In this document: positions 38,533 through 51,324 of the stretch, one piece after another
Position numbering within the stretch: position 1 is the stretch's first letter
Layout: every line of letters begins with the position of its first letter
Assembly: GCA_951406725.2 (NCBI GenBank)
Contig: OX597816.1
Span: 178,498,001-178,562,000 of the forward strand
Length of the DNA: 64,000 nt
Direction: 5' to 3'
DNA from: Octopus vulgaris
Taxonomy: Eukaryota
The notes under the pieces: generated by a model
What the model was told of the DNA's origin: nothing
Databases searched by the model: none
The model's input: only the letters and a program-made list of their open reading frames with translations
Program-made: the position numbers and the translations under genes

Positions 38533-39332
38533 CTTGCGAAGACTTGTTGAGGCAAGTGAAATCGAAATTGAAACCGATCAAAATCAATGGAAATTGTAGT
38601 TGTGATACCAGTGCCGGTGGCACGTAAAAAGCACCATCCGAACATGGTCGTTGCCAGCGCCGCCCCGACTGGCCTCCGTGCCGGTGGCACGTAAAAAGCA
38701 CCATCCGAACATGGTCGTTGCCAGCGCCGCCCCGACTGGCCTCCGTGCCGGTGGCACGTAAAAAGCACCATCCGAACATGGTCGTTGCCAGCGCCGCCCC
38801 GACTGGCCTCCATGCTGGTGGCACGTAAAAAGCACCATCCGAACATGGTCGTTGCCAGCGCCGCCCCGACTGGCCTCCATGCTGGTGGCACGTAAAAAGC
38901 ACCATCCGAACATGGTCGTTGCCAGCGCCGCCCCGACTGGCCTCCGTGCCGGTGGCACGTAAAAAGCACCATCCGAACATGGTCGTTGCCAGCGCCGCCC
39001 CGACTGGCCTCCGTGCTGGTGGCACGTAAAAAGCACCATCCGAACATGGTCGTTGCCAGCGCCGCCCCGACTGGCCTCCGTGCCGGTGGCACGTAAAAAG
39101 CACCAATCGATCGTGGCCGTTGCCAGCCTCGTCTGACACCTGTGCCAGTGGCACATAAAAAACACCCACTACACTCATGGAGTGGTTGGCGTTAGGAAGG
39201 GCATCCAGCTGTAGAAACAGTGCCAGATCAGACTGGAGCCTGGTGCAGCCTTCGGGCTCCCCAGACCCCAGTTGAACCGTCCAACCCATGCTAGCATGGA
39301 AAGCAGACGTTATATGATGATGATGATGATGA
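38533..39332 (+). mobile_element. RTE 3' UTR-only insertion in a (TA)n tract, carrying an amplified 67-bp module array
   Basis: Starts with ttgcgaagac..gaggcaagtgaaatcgaaattg (RTE 3' UTR), ends in (GAT)n, and is flanked by (TA)n. Confidence 0.9.
38611..39167 (+). repeat. Tandem array: 7 near-identical 67-bp units, plus 1 diverged and 1 partial unit
   Basis: Units start at 38611, 38678, 38745, 38812, 38879, 38946, 39013, 39080 and 39142. Unit: GTGCCGGTGGCACGTAAAAAGCACCATCCGAACATGGTCGTTGCCAGCGCCGCCCCGACTGGCCTCC. Confidence 0.97.
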
Positions 39333-39733
39333 TATATATATATAATCAAGATAAGATATCCTGTTGCTTATTTTGACTTTATTCACCTTACTTCAAGCTG
39401 TGCAGATAATACTGGACTGACTTGGTGCATCAGCTTAAGTACCTAATTCAACTGAATCTCAATTATTTCTTATATATATATATTGGTTACACATTTTAAT
39501 AGACTGGACTGTTAAATATATATGCCTGCTTTAAATGTGAGTGTACATGTATTTCCTTGATGTTGGTTATAGAACTATGAGTTCAATATGGAACATTATT
39601 GTCTTTGTTAATGTATATTGACCTATATTGTTTATATTGTATTATTGTGTATATATATATGTGTAGAAATATGAGTGTCTATGCACACATATTTATATTT
39701 ATATGTAAATTTTTTTCATACTTACATTAAATT

Positions 39734-39842
39734 CTCTGAAGAGGCTGTGAGACATTCTTGTTAATGTCTCATTTATACCTGCTTTATATGGCTAATAGGT
39801 TAAATGGGACATACCTGTCTTCACGGCTGAATCAGCTGTCAG
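39734..39842 (+). ncRNA. Degenerate type I hammerhead ribozyme motif (Penelope-type)
   Basis: CTGAAGA (39736), stem II GGCTGTGA/TCACGGCT, GAAT (expected GAAA), palindrome CAGCTG, then TC|AG. Confidence 0.55.
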
Positions 39843-40000
39843 CTACAATATAAATGTATTTTCTATTTCTATTTCTTGTTATATTTGTAATATATTATGT
39901 ATAATATAACTGCTGTTGTGTAATGGTTTAATAAAGTATTGATTGGGTATTATCTAATGGTTGATGATTGATTTAGGTATATTTCTCCATTTTCTCATTT

Positions 40001-40045
<45 letters not shown>

Positions 40046-40507
40046 AGAGTTTACGAAAAAAACAAAAGACAAAGACAGGTGGTGTAGAAAACAAACAGAT
40101 GTATTAGTATAACGCTCAGGAATAGAAAAAGTCTTTTACGTTTCGAGCCTACGCTCTTCTACAGAAAGGGGCACAGAAAAAACAAGGAGAGAAAAATATA
40201 TATATGACAGGCTTCTTTCAGTTTCCATCTACCAAATCTAAGATAGTTTACAATTGAATTCTAACATTTTAAGTTTTTCATATCCAATATTTTTAACAAT
40301 GATAAAATGCTTCAACAGGACTCAATCTAAAAATTGCAAAGGAATGTTGCAGCCATTACAATATTAAGAAGTCTAAGTACAACGAATCCAACACTACTTT
40401 AGCATCATAAACAGTTAAGAATTTTAACAGTAGGCCACAGGAGTACAGAATTCAAAAACTTAAAATACAACAGAAAATTAACTAATTTCACATAAAAATA
40501 TCAATAT

Positions 40508-40673
40508 AGGCGCAGGAGTGGCTGTGTGGTAAGTAGCTTGCTAACCAACCACATGGTTCCGGGTTCAGTCTCATTGCGTGACATCTTGGGCAAGTGTCTT
40601 CTGCTATAGCCCCAGGCCGACCAATGCCTTGTGAGTGGATTTGGTAGACGGAAACTGAAAGAAGCCTGTCGTA

Positions 40674-40714
<41 letters not shown>

Positions 40715-40930
40715 CTGTGTTTGTTCCTCTAGCATTGCTGGACAACCGGTGCTGGTGTGTTTGCGTCCCCGTCACTTAGCGGTTTGGCAAAAAGAGACCG
40801 ATGGAATAAATACTGGGCTTGCAAAAAGAATAAGTCCCGGGGTCGATTTGATTGACTAAAGGCGGTGCTCCAGCATGGCCGCAGTAAAAATAAAATGACT
40901 GAAACAAGTAAAAGAGTAAAGAGTAAAGAG
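40508..40930 (+). mobile_element. SINE family A
   Basis: Full-length copy. Confidence 0.88.
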
Positions 40931-41075
40931 TATAATTTCTTTTTAATAAGTTATTATTTACTCCAATAAGATCATTAAGACGAGTAACTGCATACTATGA
41001 TCCAAAATGAATGAACAATAAACACAGGAAGATACTACTTAACAGAGAAATAAACTGTAAAGCTAAGTAACCAGT

Positions 41076-41112
<37 letters not shown>

Positions 41113-41164
41113 AGATGGACTCTCCTGATGAACATTCAGCTTTTACCAGACAACCACACAAATG

Positions 41165-41393
41165 ATTTGTCTGTAGTGGTCAAGTGTTTGTGCCACACAT
41201 TAGTTCACTCTCTCTCCATCAAATCAATGCTGTCTGAACAGGTGCACCCAGGTGTACCACGCGTCAGGTGTCAAAGTGATTGCAAAGCAACATGAGATGA
41301 AGTGTTTTGTTCATGAACACAACACACCACCCAGTCTAGGAATTGAAATCATGATCGCACGATCGTGAGTGCAACACCCTAACCACTAAGCCA
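41165..41393 (-). mobile_element. tRNA-derived SINE (head related to family C)
   Basis: Minus strand reads TGGCTTAGTGGTTAGGGTGTTGCACTCACGATC...ATTTCAATTCC. Confidence 0.6.
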
Positions 41394-42431
41394 TAATAAT
41401 AATAATTATTTCTAATTTTTGTACAAGGCCAGGAAGGGCAAGTCAATTACATCAATCCCAGTTCTCAATTGCTACTTATTTTATTGATCCAGAAAAGATG
41501 AAAGGCTAAGTCAACCCTGGCAGAATTTGAACACAGATGTAAAGTACCAGAAGAAACGCTGCTAAGCATTTTGTCTAATGCTCTAATGATTCTACCAGCT
41601 TGCTGGAGGAGGAGGAGGAGAAAGAACAACAACAACAACAACAATAATAAAACACTGATACAAATTCAGTGAAATCTAAGTTGTAGAATTTGGACCAAGA
41701 AGCACAAAAGGAAATATAATGATGTTTCTTTCAAACTCAAACGCTACTTATCATTTATTGAAAAAATGTCCAAAAGGATTGACTGGATTTTGAGGAGCAA
41801 AAATATGGCAGAGAAAAATGTAATGATAAATAAGTAATGCAAAAAAACGATAATAGAACAGGGGAAACAAATATCACAGACTGATCTGGGAGTGACAGGA
41901 TCTAAATAAAGCAATGGAAAAGGGATGTCAAAAATAAAAGAATTCAAAGAAAATTTCAGTGTTTTACTATTACCTTCATCTTTTATCTTTTACTTGCTTC
42001 AATCATTAGACTATGGCCATGCTGGGGCATTGAAGACTTTTAGTCAAATGAATTGATCCCAGTTCTTACATTTTTTTAAAAACCTGGTACTTATTCTATC
42101 AGTCTCTTTTGCTGAACTGCTAATCTAAACTCCATTTAGTGAAAAGACTTGAAGAATTTTCAACTAGTATTTATTTCTTTCCTTAATAATAGTTTGCTAT
42201 CTACAGAAAACAAAATGACTGTTAGATCAGGTATCCATCTATTTCCAAATATACAAAATAAGGGACATGAAATGTTGTGTAGTGTTGGTATGTATGAGCG
42301 TGAGCATTCAAGTTAGGTTAGCAAGGTTATCAATGTCCTTAATGGATAAAAACTTATTGATATTTTCGAGAGTTGTAAAGCTGTTAAAAATATAAAATAT
42401 GTAATTTATATATATATATATATATATATAT

Positions 42432-42619
42432 ACTCCTTTTACTCTTTTACTTGTTTCAGTCATTTGACTGCGGCCATGCTGGAGCACCGCCTTTAATCGA
42501 GTAACTCGACCCCAGGACTTATTCTATCGGTCTCTTTTGCCGAACCGCTAAGTGACGGGGACATAAACACACCAGCATCGGTTGTCAAGCAATGCTAGGG
42601 GGACAAACACAGACACACA

Positions 42620-42661
<42 letters not shown>

Positions 42662-42822
42662 TACGACGGGCTTCTTTTCAGTTTCCGTCTACCAAATCCA
42701 CTCACAAGGCTTTGGTCGGCCCGAGGCTATAGTAGAAGACACTTGCCCAAGGTGCCACGCAGTGAGACTGAACCCGGAACCATGTGGTTGGTAAGCAAGC
42801 TACTTACCACACAGCCACTCCT
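42432..42822 (-). mobile_element. SINE family A
   Basis: Reverse-complement copy flanked by (TA)n. Confidence 0.88.
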
Positions 42823-45069
42823 AATATATATATTTTCATTAAGGATATAAAAATTTAACTACATAGATTAATTGTTAAATGTTCCTCCTATACTCTGAAA
42901 TTTGTATATTTCTACATTCCTGAAATGAGTTATTAGGACAGTTTTAGGTTTCAAGACTATTAAACTAATCAGTGTGTATGTGTGTGTGTGTGTGAGAGAG
43001 AGAGAGGAGACGGACAGAGGGAGAATGCAAATGACTCTAGTTATCCCTGTAGATTGAAAAATGTACATTTCCAAGACTACACTGGATACGGATTCCTTCC
43101 TACCTGCAACAGGCTCATGGGACGTTTTGAACTGAATAGTTCCATCTAACAATATAGTTATTTTGGTTATCTATCTATTAATTTATGTATAATTGATTCT
43201 TTTACAAGCATTTTTACGAACAATAGCCTCATTAAACATTTTGATTAGAAAGCAAATAAACCCAACAAGTTAACCAGCCAGCTGTTCAGCTTTTTGTGGG
43301 GGTACAATTAACAGGAGTTATTTATGTAGTTATTTGTATTTTGTTGTTTGTAAAGATTCAAACTGCAGACACTGGAAGATCTTTTTAGTTGCTGATGGCT
43401 GAATCAAGAAAATTCAATTCAATGGTGTAAGCATTGGTCTGTGTAGGCTGAGATAGTTGTCTAGCATTATCCATCATATAGTGGTAACCTAGCTCTCAAT
43501 TCTGATGGGCTGAAGTCTGCATGAATTTTGGAGAGTACTGTTATTACACAGTAATGAAATAACAGCAAGCTCTTAAGCAATTTTAGCTTCTCAATCTGCA
43601 ATGATCCTGAAAAATTTCTTTTGTGCTGAACTGGATTGGATGAAGGTATCTTGTGCATCCTTCATCTAGGATAACTACACCCAATAGTGGCTTTTCCATC
43701 TGTTTTCAGTTTGACTGCATCTGAGAAAGATGGCAGAGACAGGTTCTGATTATATCAGCTTCATGTATCCTGTATCCAAAATTCCACAATTGTCATTCAC
43801 AAAATGAAAGTCAAATTTTGATGGGCTTCTTTTCTTTGACAAATCCGTGCATGGATAGGATGCAGAATGCACTTTTGCCAAAGGACAAGAAGTGGAGCAG
43901 ACACAATGCTGAATGGACATAAAAACAAATGGAGACAATAAAAAAAAACAAAAAAAAACATTCCTACCTACATAGTTTAATGATCAATTCACCAATTTGG
44001 CAATTTTAATTTTTGTATGTCATTTCAGCATCATGTCCATTCAGCTTTCTGTCTGTTTGGCATTGTGTCTGCTCAGTTTCTTGACTTTGGTTTCTTGTCC
44101 TTTGGCATCAGTGCATTCAGCATCCCGTCTGTGTGCCAACAAACCACTTCATTTTAGTGGTTCAACTTGACACAGTCCAGTCAACCAATCGAGTTTTCAT
44201 TCTGACAAGGTCTTTATCCAGTTTGGATATTACAAGATGATTCTCAATTATATTGCTGAAAGGGGCATGGAGTCATTAGCATACAAGTGCATGTTTTCAA
44301 ATGCACTGACTAGATCACCTGTGAAAACAGTGAACAGATGTTGACCAATTTATTGAATCAAATGAGATTGACATACTGATGATGATGGGTCAGAAATCTA
44401 ACAAAAGACTAACTTTCATGGATTTTCTAGGGAGATAAAACAGTTTCTTAAATATCATTTTGAATTTCAGCTTGGCAAAAATCTTTCATGTTCATGGTTA
44501 TGTGACATGCACACATACATTTTAACTTGTGTTCAGGCATTTACTCTATATCTTGGAGAAGATAGACCTACAAATGGTATGTCAGCTCTTGTACACAATA
44601 GAGAGCTGTACTTAATGCACTAATCAATGGTATCTGTCTACAACTAGATGGACTGGGCCAGTAAGAATTAAGTATCTTGGCCACAAACATAATGCATATA
44701 ATAGATATGAACCATTCATCTTTTAGTCAATAATTTGATTTTTCAGATCCATCTCTGGTTCTCAGGAGAAAGCTGTGATTGCTAAAATATGGAAAGGAAC
44801 TGAATGTCAAAAGAGATAATGAAATGTACTTTTTTCGCTGGTTTAAATCATCATGATGAGGCTTCTGAGAGCAGCTTCTCATTTCATATGCATTTAAGTC
44901 ACAGTTTCTGAGTCCTTTATCTTTGTTTGGTGTATTATATTTTTTGATAATGAAATAAAATGGACGTTTTGGAAACATTCTTTACTAGTTCTGTCATGAT
45001 CCCCATTTTTTTGTCTGTTTTTTCATGCTTGCATGGGTTGGACAAATCCTCTTCAACAGCATCCGTGCT

Positions 45070-46280
45070 ATTTGTTGCACTCTTTATCTATTGCTGCAAA
45101 AAGAATAACTTTGTTGTCAACAGAGGTAATAAACTCTTTGAAAATTTTCCCCTTAGTTCTTATTCTGGCTACTACACTGTCAAAGCACTTTCCTCCACTA
45201 CTGATTAGGTTACTTAGGTAACAGAAGCTATTGGCTACTTCTATAGCATCTTCCATGTATAGGAAGGAATTTAATTTGACTGCTAACTTCTCCAGTGTAT
45301 CTACCACACATACAAAGTCTTTTTTCTTTGTCAGGCTACTGCGATCCCACCACATCTCTTGTGAACCATTAGATTATGTTGAATACAGTGTATGGTGTTC
45401 CAAAGTGCTCCTTTCCTACATATTGGAAAACAGTTGTTTCCCTAATGGTAGAAAGGTCCTGTCTTCTTTTCTACTTACTAAAACTTTAATCTTTGCTCAG
45501 TATATTTCAAAGTTTTCCAGTTCTAGATTTTGTTTTATGAATCTGGGATTCCTTCTTTAAGCCTTTCGTTACTGTGTTTATTTTGAGATGCTCTGTGTTT
45601 CTTTCAATTACTTTAAATATAACAAAGAATTTAGTAAAATAACTTCATTATCATTAAACAAGTGTTAGGAACATAAATTGTGACTAAGGTTTGGTGGGAG
45701 ATTTTAATGCAAAACCTATGAAAACAAGACATTTGTACTACAGAGCCAGAGTTGGTTTTGGCTGGGTTGGTAACAAAAGGGTTAACCCATTCACAGATCA
45801 TAGATTCAGTTATGTCATCATCATAGTGAAGTTCCCACAGACAGCAAGTTATAAACTCCTCTGTTATGGCCTGGAGATTTATGATAAACAGCGGGGAGAT
45901 GAAAAGAAGCCTAGGTGAACACCTAATAGCACACTAAATTCCACTCTGAACACATTGCCAACTTTTGCTTAGCTAACAGCATTTCAGGCCATGGCTTACA
46001 GACTCTCACAAACCACTATCCATCTATACCTAGTTTTCTTAAAGACTAACTACAGAGTGTGGTATCCTGTTAAATGCCTTCTCCAGATTAACAAATGCCA
46101 TGTAAAATGCCTAATTAAAAACTTTCCTACCAATTGTCGCCCTAAGAATGCATCAGTGGTACTCTGACCTGGCACAAATCTGAACTGCATCTCAACGAAG
46201 CGAATTTCTTAACTAAGCTGTTCTGTTACATCAAAATCCTTGTTACTTTCATAACTTGGTTTCATACCTCTTTAATTGCT
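45070..46280 (-). mobile_element. Old decayed RTE RT fragment, split by a TTAA-type MITE (~45558-45785)
   Basis: Minus-strand remnants MQFRFVPGQSTTDA, LESLC, AKIKVLVSRK, IEVANSFCYL..ISSGG..VVARIR. Confidence 0.6.
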
Positions 46281-46539
46281 ACAAATAATAAAAGACAACT
46301 AAGATCAACTGTACATAAATAACACTTAATATTCTCTTAATTTTTGGTTTTTAATGTTTATCTCTTTTATATTATCTGTATCCAACTGTTGAGTTCTATC
46401 AAAATAATTTCCAATGTATTTACCAAATTACTACCTATGGCAAGCAAGAAATTCTGTTCTTTACTGTTTTGGAAGGCGATTCTAAAAACAATTGACTATA
46501 CTTTTCTATTTAGGGTACTTGGCAACTTTAGCCTAAGAA

Positions 46540-47270
46540 TCTATATATATAAAAATGAGAATGTGTGTCTGTCTGTCTGTCTGTGTGAATCCCTAAAACT
46601 TGAGAACTACACAACCAGTTTCATTCAAATTTTACACATGCCTTACTTGGGGTCCAGGGAGTGTCATGGGCAAAACATTAAAAAAATTTTTTGCCTAGGG
46701 CGAGCCCACAGCAATATCATATCTTCTCCACTATGAATCCCTAAAACTTGAGAACTACACAACCAATTTCATTCAAATTTTAAACATGCCATACTTAGGG
46801 TCCATGTAGTGTCATGGGCAAAAATTTCTAACTTCTTGCCTAAGGCGAGCCCACAGCAATATCATATCTTCTCCACTATTTCAGTATTACATGTTAAAAG
46901 TGAAACAAAACCATCTCTCTATTGTAATGTCAGATACTTTCACTTTAATACTGAAACTATTAAAGTCAAACTATTATATAAGAGGGATGAACCATTAACA
47001 GTGGACATCCATTTTGCTAGAAGAAGATCCATTATGGTCTTATATGCTACACCACTGGTTTTCAATTCATATTAATCAAATTAATATTCAATTTCTCACC
47101 CTTATTATCTTAAATTTAAATTTAAACCCAGGACCAAGTGTTTTGGAAAGAAGTTTGTTACCACACAGCCACACCTGCACCTATGTATGTGTGTGTATGT
47201 GTGTATAGCTGTATATGTATACATTTATTTCTATACATATAGATGCATATGTATACATGTACATGTGTAG

Positions 47271-47309
<39 letters not shown>

Positions 47310-47813
47310 TGTACATGTAATATGTACACATATATATTCACAAATATACATGCATACATATATACACACATACACACACACATACATAGGTGCAAGTGTG
47401 GCTGTGTGGTAACAAACTTCGTTCCAAAACACATGGTCCTGGGTTCAGTCCCACTGTGTGCTGACTTGGCATGTGTCTTCTGCTATAGCCTCAGACCAAC
47501 CGAAGTCTTGTCAGTGGATTTCGTACACAAGAACTGAAACAAATCAATCGTATATATATGTATGTATATATGTAAGTGTATGTGTGTGTCTTTGTCTCTG
47601 TGTTTCGCCCTCATCACTGCTTCACAACTGCTGTTCATTTATTTACATCCACATAACTTACTGGTTTCACAAGAAGAAACTAATAGAATAAGTACCAGGC
47701 TTATCAACATAAAAAACCCACTACGCTGTGTCTCATATTTTTGTTTGCTCACTCAGTTGTATCTATCAATTTATCTTTGTGTGTGTATGTATATATATAT
47801 ATATATATATAAT

Positions 47814-47845
<32 letters not shown>

Positions 47846-49553
47846 ATATATATACATGTATGTATATGTGTACATTCATATTTATTATATCAAAGACAAT
47901 GTCTTTATGTGCGTTCGTGTGTTACTTATACATTCAAAAATTGCTGCACCGATCCTAATAAAATTTGGAACACAAAATCGAAGCCTAGGGAGAAGGGTAA
48001 TGCTGTGTGTTTCATACAATTTCATAGACCAAAATTACTGAATGGATCCTTATGATATTTGAAACTTAGATTCAATGCATAAGAGTGGGTATAATGCATT
48101 ATGTTTGGTTTGAATTTCAGATGGCTTAAAGGGGGCAGACCCCCCACCCACCATGAAAATTCATAAATTTTTGATGTTGATGAAATTTCAACCATGGGTA
48201 ATTGACATACATCAAGAAGTATTCTCAAAGTTTCCACTTCACATGAGGATTCTAAGACACCCTAATCGGGGCCTTAACTCCCAAATTTTAGTAATTTCTT
48301 TTATGATCCAAAACTAGGTCAAAAGTACTGAATGGATCTTTACGAAATTTGGAAATTATATTCTATGCATAAGGGCCACAACCTCCATGACAATTCATAT
48401 ATTTTTGTTGTTGATGAAATTTTAACCATAGATATTAGATACAAATGAAGTAATATTTATAAAATTTCATCTTCTTACAAGTTAGAAAGACCCCTTCATG
48501 GGGACTTAACACCTACAATTTTGTCATTTTATCTAAGCAAAGACGAATAGTTGTACTCTTGGAAGCTGTGGGGTCATCCAAGGATAGAAGATGAGCATTA
48601 TTTGTAATTCAATGGTACAACAGTGTAAGAGTTTGCTTTGACATACACTTAGATTGTGATTTCTGCAATGTGGTGCATAAATTATCAAGTAAATGAGAGG
48701 CATCTTTGCCTTCACTGATTCAGTTGCAAAGTGTTGAGTAAAGTTATTTGATTGCAGATCTCCTATCAGTCTTTTTATTATCACTCGGTCACACATAGTC
48801 CCCACATGGTAACATTGATTTCCCAGACGAGTGACTGGTTATTCAAAGACATTTATAGATTGTATATTTATTCTGTCCAGTTACGTATCAGTATAGTGGT
48901 CATTTGCAAACTCCAGATGTTGACACTCTCATTTCTCATTAGCCCTCATGTCACACAGTTGTTAATGTTTATTTCAGTTGGGTCACGCCCTTCCAATTGC
49001 TATAGATTCGTAATGCATCTTACGGCTGTGCCTGTCACCTGCATGGTGAAGAATACTACATTGGGAGTGGTAATGACTAGGGTACTGTAGCTGACTGCTT
49101 CGTCTTTTGGTTTCCTGTAGCTTTGCTCTCTTTCACAAACCCTTGGAAACATATATTTTCTATTTCAAAGAAATTCAAACAATAGATGTAAGACCCATGT
49201 TAAAAAGATTCTCAACTATTCAACATCTCTGGTTGACATTAACATACCTACCCCCAATAGAGGCGTTAACTCTCACATTTTAGAGCTCCATGACCTCCAT
49301 TTTTCAGGAGCAAAATCTTTTTAACAGGTTCAATAAGACTGGAATTTTGGAATATGCGCATAAAAATCAGTAGTATGGGATACATGTGGCACGATTACAA
49401 TTTTTTTAGGGTGTGTAAAGAGGGAAATAACCCTCACCTGCAATTTTGATGAAATTCGAAACATAGGTATTCTAGCTCATTACAGAAAATATAACAGAAA
49501 AGTCTAATTCTTCAATTGAATGTAACACGGGCAATGCCGGGTAACTCTGCTAG
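46540..49553 (+). mobile_element. Non-autonomous Helitron (possibly composite) with nested SINE
   Basis: A|TCTATATATATAAAA 5' end followed by (TCTG)n. 3' end cgggcaatgccgggtaactctgCTAG|T. Internal 148-bp tandem duplication (46586/46734). Confidence 0.7.
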
Positions 49554-49703
49554 TATTTTATAAACAAACATGGATAATATGTTCTCATTGTGGTAGAGTT
49601 TCTGAGCTTTTGCAGCAGTTTCTTCAGTTTGGTCTGGAAGAGTCATAAATTGTTATGACTCATCTCTTTCCCTCTCTCTGTAACTGTTTGTTTTCTTTGC
49701 CTA

Positions 49704-49749
<46 letters not shown>

Positions 49750-50271
49750 ACAACTGTTGTCTGTTTTAGTTGTTGATACTGATAATAAGCATGTATTTAA
49801 CACCAAAACAAGACCAAAAACATAGCAAACTGATGCTACACAGGGTCTAGTACAAAAAAAATTTTATAAGTCAATTAGACTCAAAATATTCCAAGTATGG
49901 CAATCCAGGACACTGCTTCTTCTTTGTGGATTTGAATGGTAGATATAAACCATAACAGAATTTTCTTTTTACAAACATTCTTTAATGATGCTAATTATAC
50001 CAGTTGCCATTACAATATACCAAATGTCATCACAATAAATGAGTAATAAACATATTTGTCAATTATCTGTGCATTCGAGCTTATATATGTGTCTCAATTT
50101 ATCAAAATCTATGTGTGTGCATGTGTCTAATTATGTACTTATACATGTAGAGTGGGTGTATACATGTGTGTATTTGTATGCATATATATTTACATATATC
50201 AGCTGTCACTTATGTATCTCTCTCTCTCTGTATATATACATATATATATATACTCTTTTACTTGTTTCAGT

Positions 50272-50642
50272 CATTTGACTGCAGCCATGCTGGAGCACCG
50301 CCTTTTAATCGAGCAACTCGACCCCAGGACTTATTCTTTTGTAAGCCCAGTACTTATTCTATCGGTCTCTTTTGCCGAACTGCTAAGTAACGGGGACATA
50401 AACACACCAGCATCGGTTGTCAAGCAATGCTAGGGAGACAAACACAGACATACACGCATATATGTATATACATATATACGACGGGCTTCTTTCAGTTTCC
50501 GTCTACCAAATCCATTCACAAGGCTTTGGTTGGCCCGAGGCTATAGTAGAAGACATTTGCCCAAGGTGCCACGCAGTGGGACTGAACCTGGAACCATGTG
50601 GTTGGTAGACAAGCTACTTACCACACAGCTACTCCTGCGCCT
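50272..50642 (-). mobile_element. SINE family A
   Basis: Full-length reverse-complement copy. Confidence 0.88.
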
Positions 50643-50655
50643 ATATATATATATA

Positions 50656-51305
50656 ATCATCATTTAACATTTGTTGTCCCATGTTTGTTGGGGCTGCACC
50701 AGAGTAAAGTCTAATTTGAGATGGCTTCTATGGCTGTAATGGCTGCTTTTACGTGCCACCAACATGGGTGTCAGTTGCCTGATACCAGTATCTGCCATGA
50801 CTATGAATTTAGTTGGCTTGATGGGTTTTCTACTCAAGCATGGCATACTGCCAAAGGTCTTGGTTATTTGTTATGGCCCCTGTGAGGCCCAATGCTCGAA
50901 AGGTGCTTTTTACATGTCACTGGCACAGGTGCTAGTTATGGGACACCGACATCGACCATATGTGTGTATAAATATAAACAAATATATATATATATATCAT
51001 CATCATCATCGTTTAACATCTGCTTTCCATGCTAGCATGGGTTGGACAGTTCGACCAGGGTCTGGGAAGCCAGGAGGCTGCACCAGGCTCCAGTCTTATC
51101 TGGCAGTGTTTCTACAGCTGGATGCCCTTCCTAACGCCAACTACTCCATGAGTGTAGTGGGTGTTTTTTACGTGTCACCGACACAGAAGCCAGTCAAGGT
51201 GGCGCTTTTTATGTGCCACCGGAATGGGTATCACAACTACAATTTCTATTTGATTTTTATTTTGATGTTGATGTACTCGACTCAATAGATCTCAAGCACA
51301 GCAGG
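50656..51305 (-). mobile_element. Two RTE 3' tail fragments separated by (TA)n
   Basis: Each begins with (CAT)n..TTAAC and matches the RTE 3' UTR. Confidence 0.75.
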
Positions 51306-51324
51306 TCACCCTACAATCCAATCG

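Noticed and set aside
38472-39349. Three overlapping long minus-strand ORFs (193-275 aa) and a CRISPR-like appearance
   Set aside because: These are by-products of a stop-free 67-bp tandem unit cycling through frames. There are no unique spacers or cas genes, and the context is eukaryotic.
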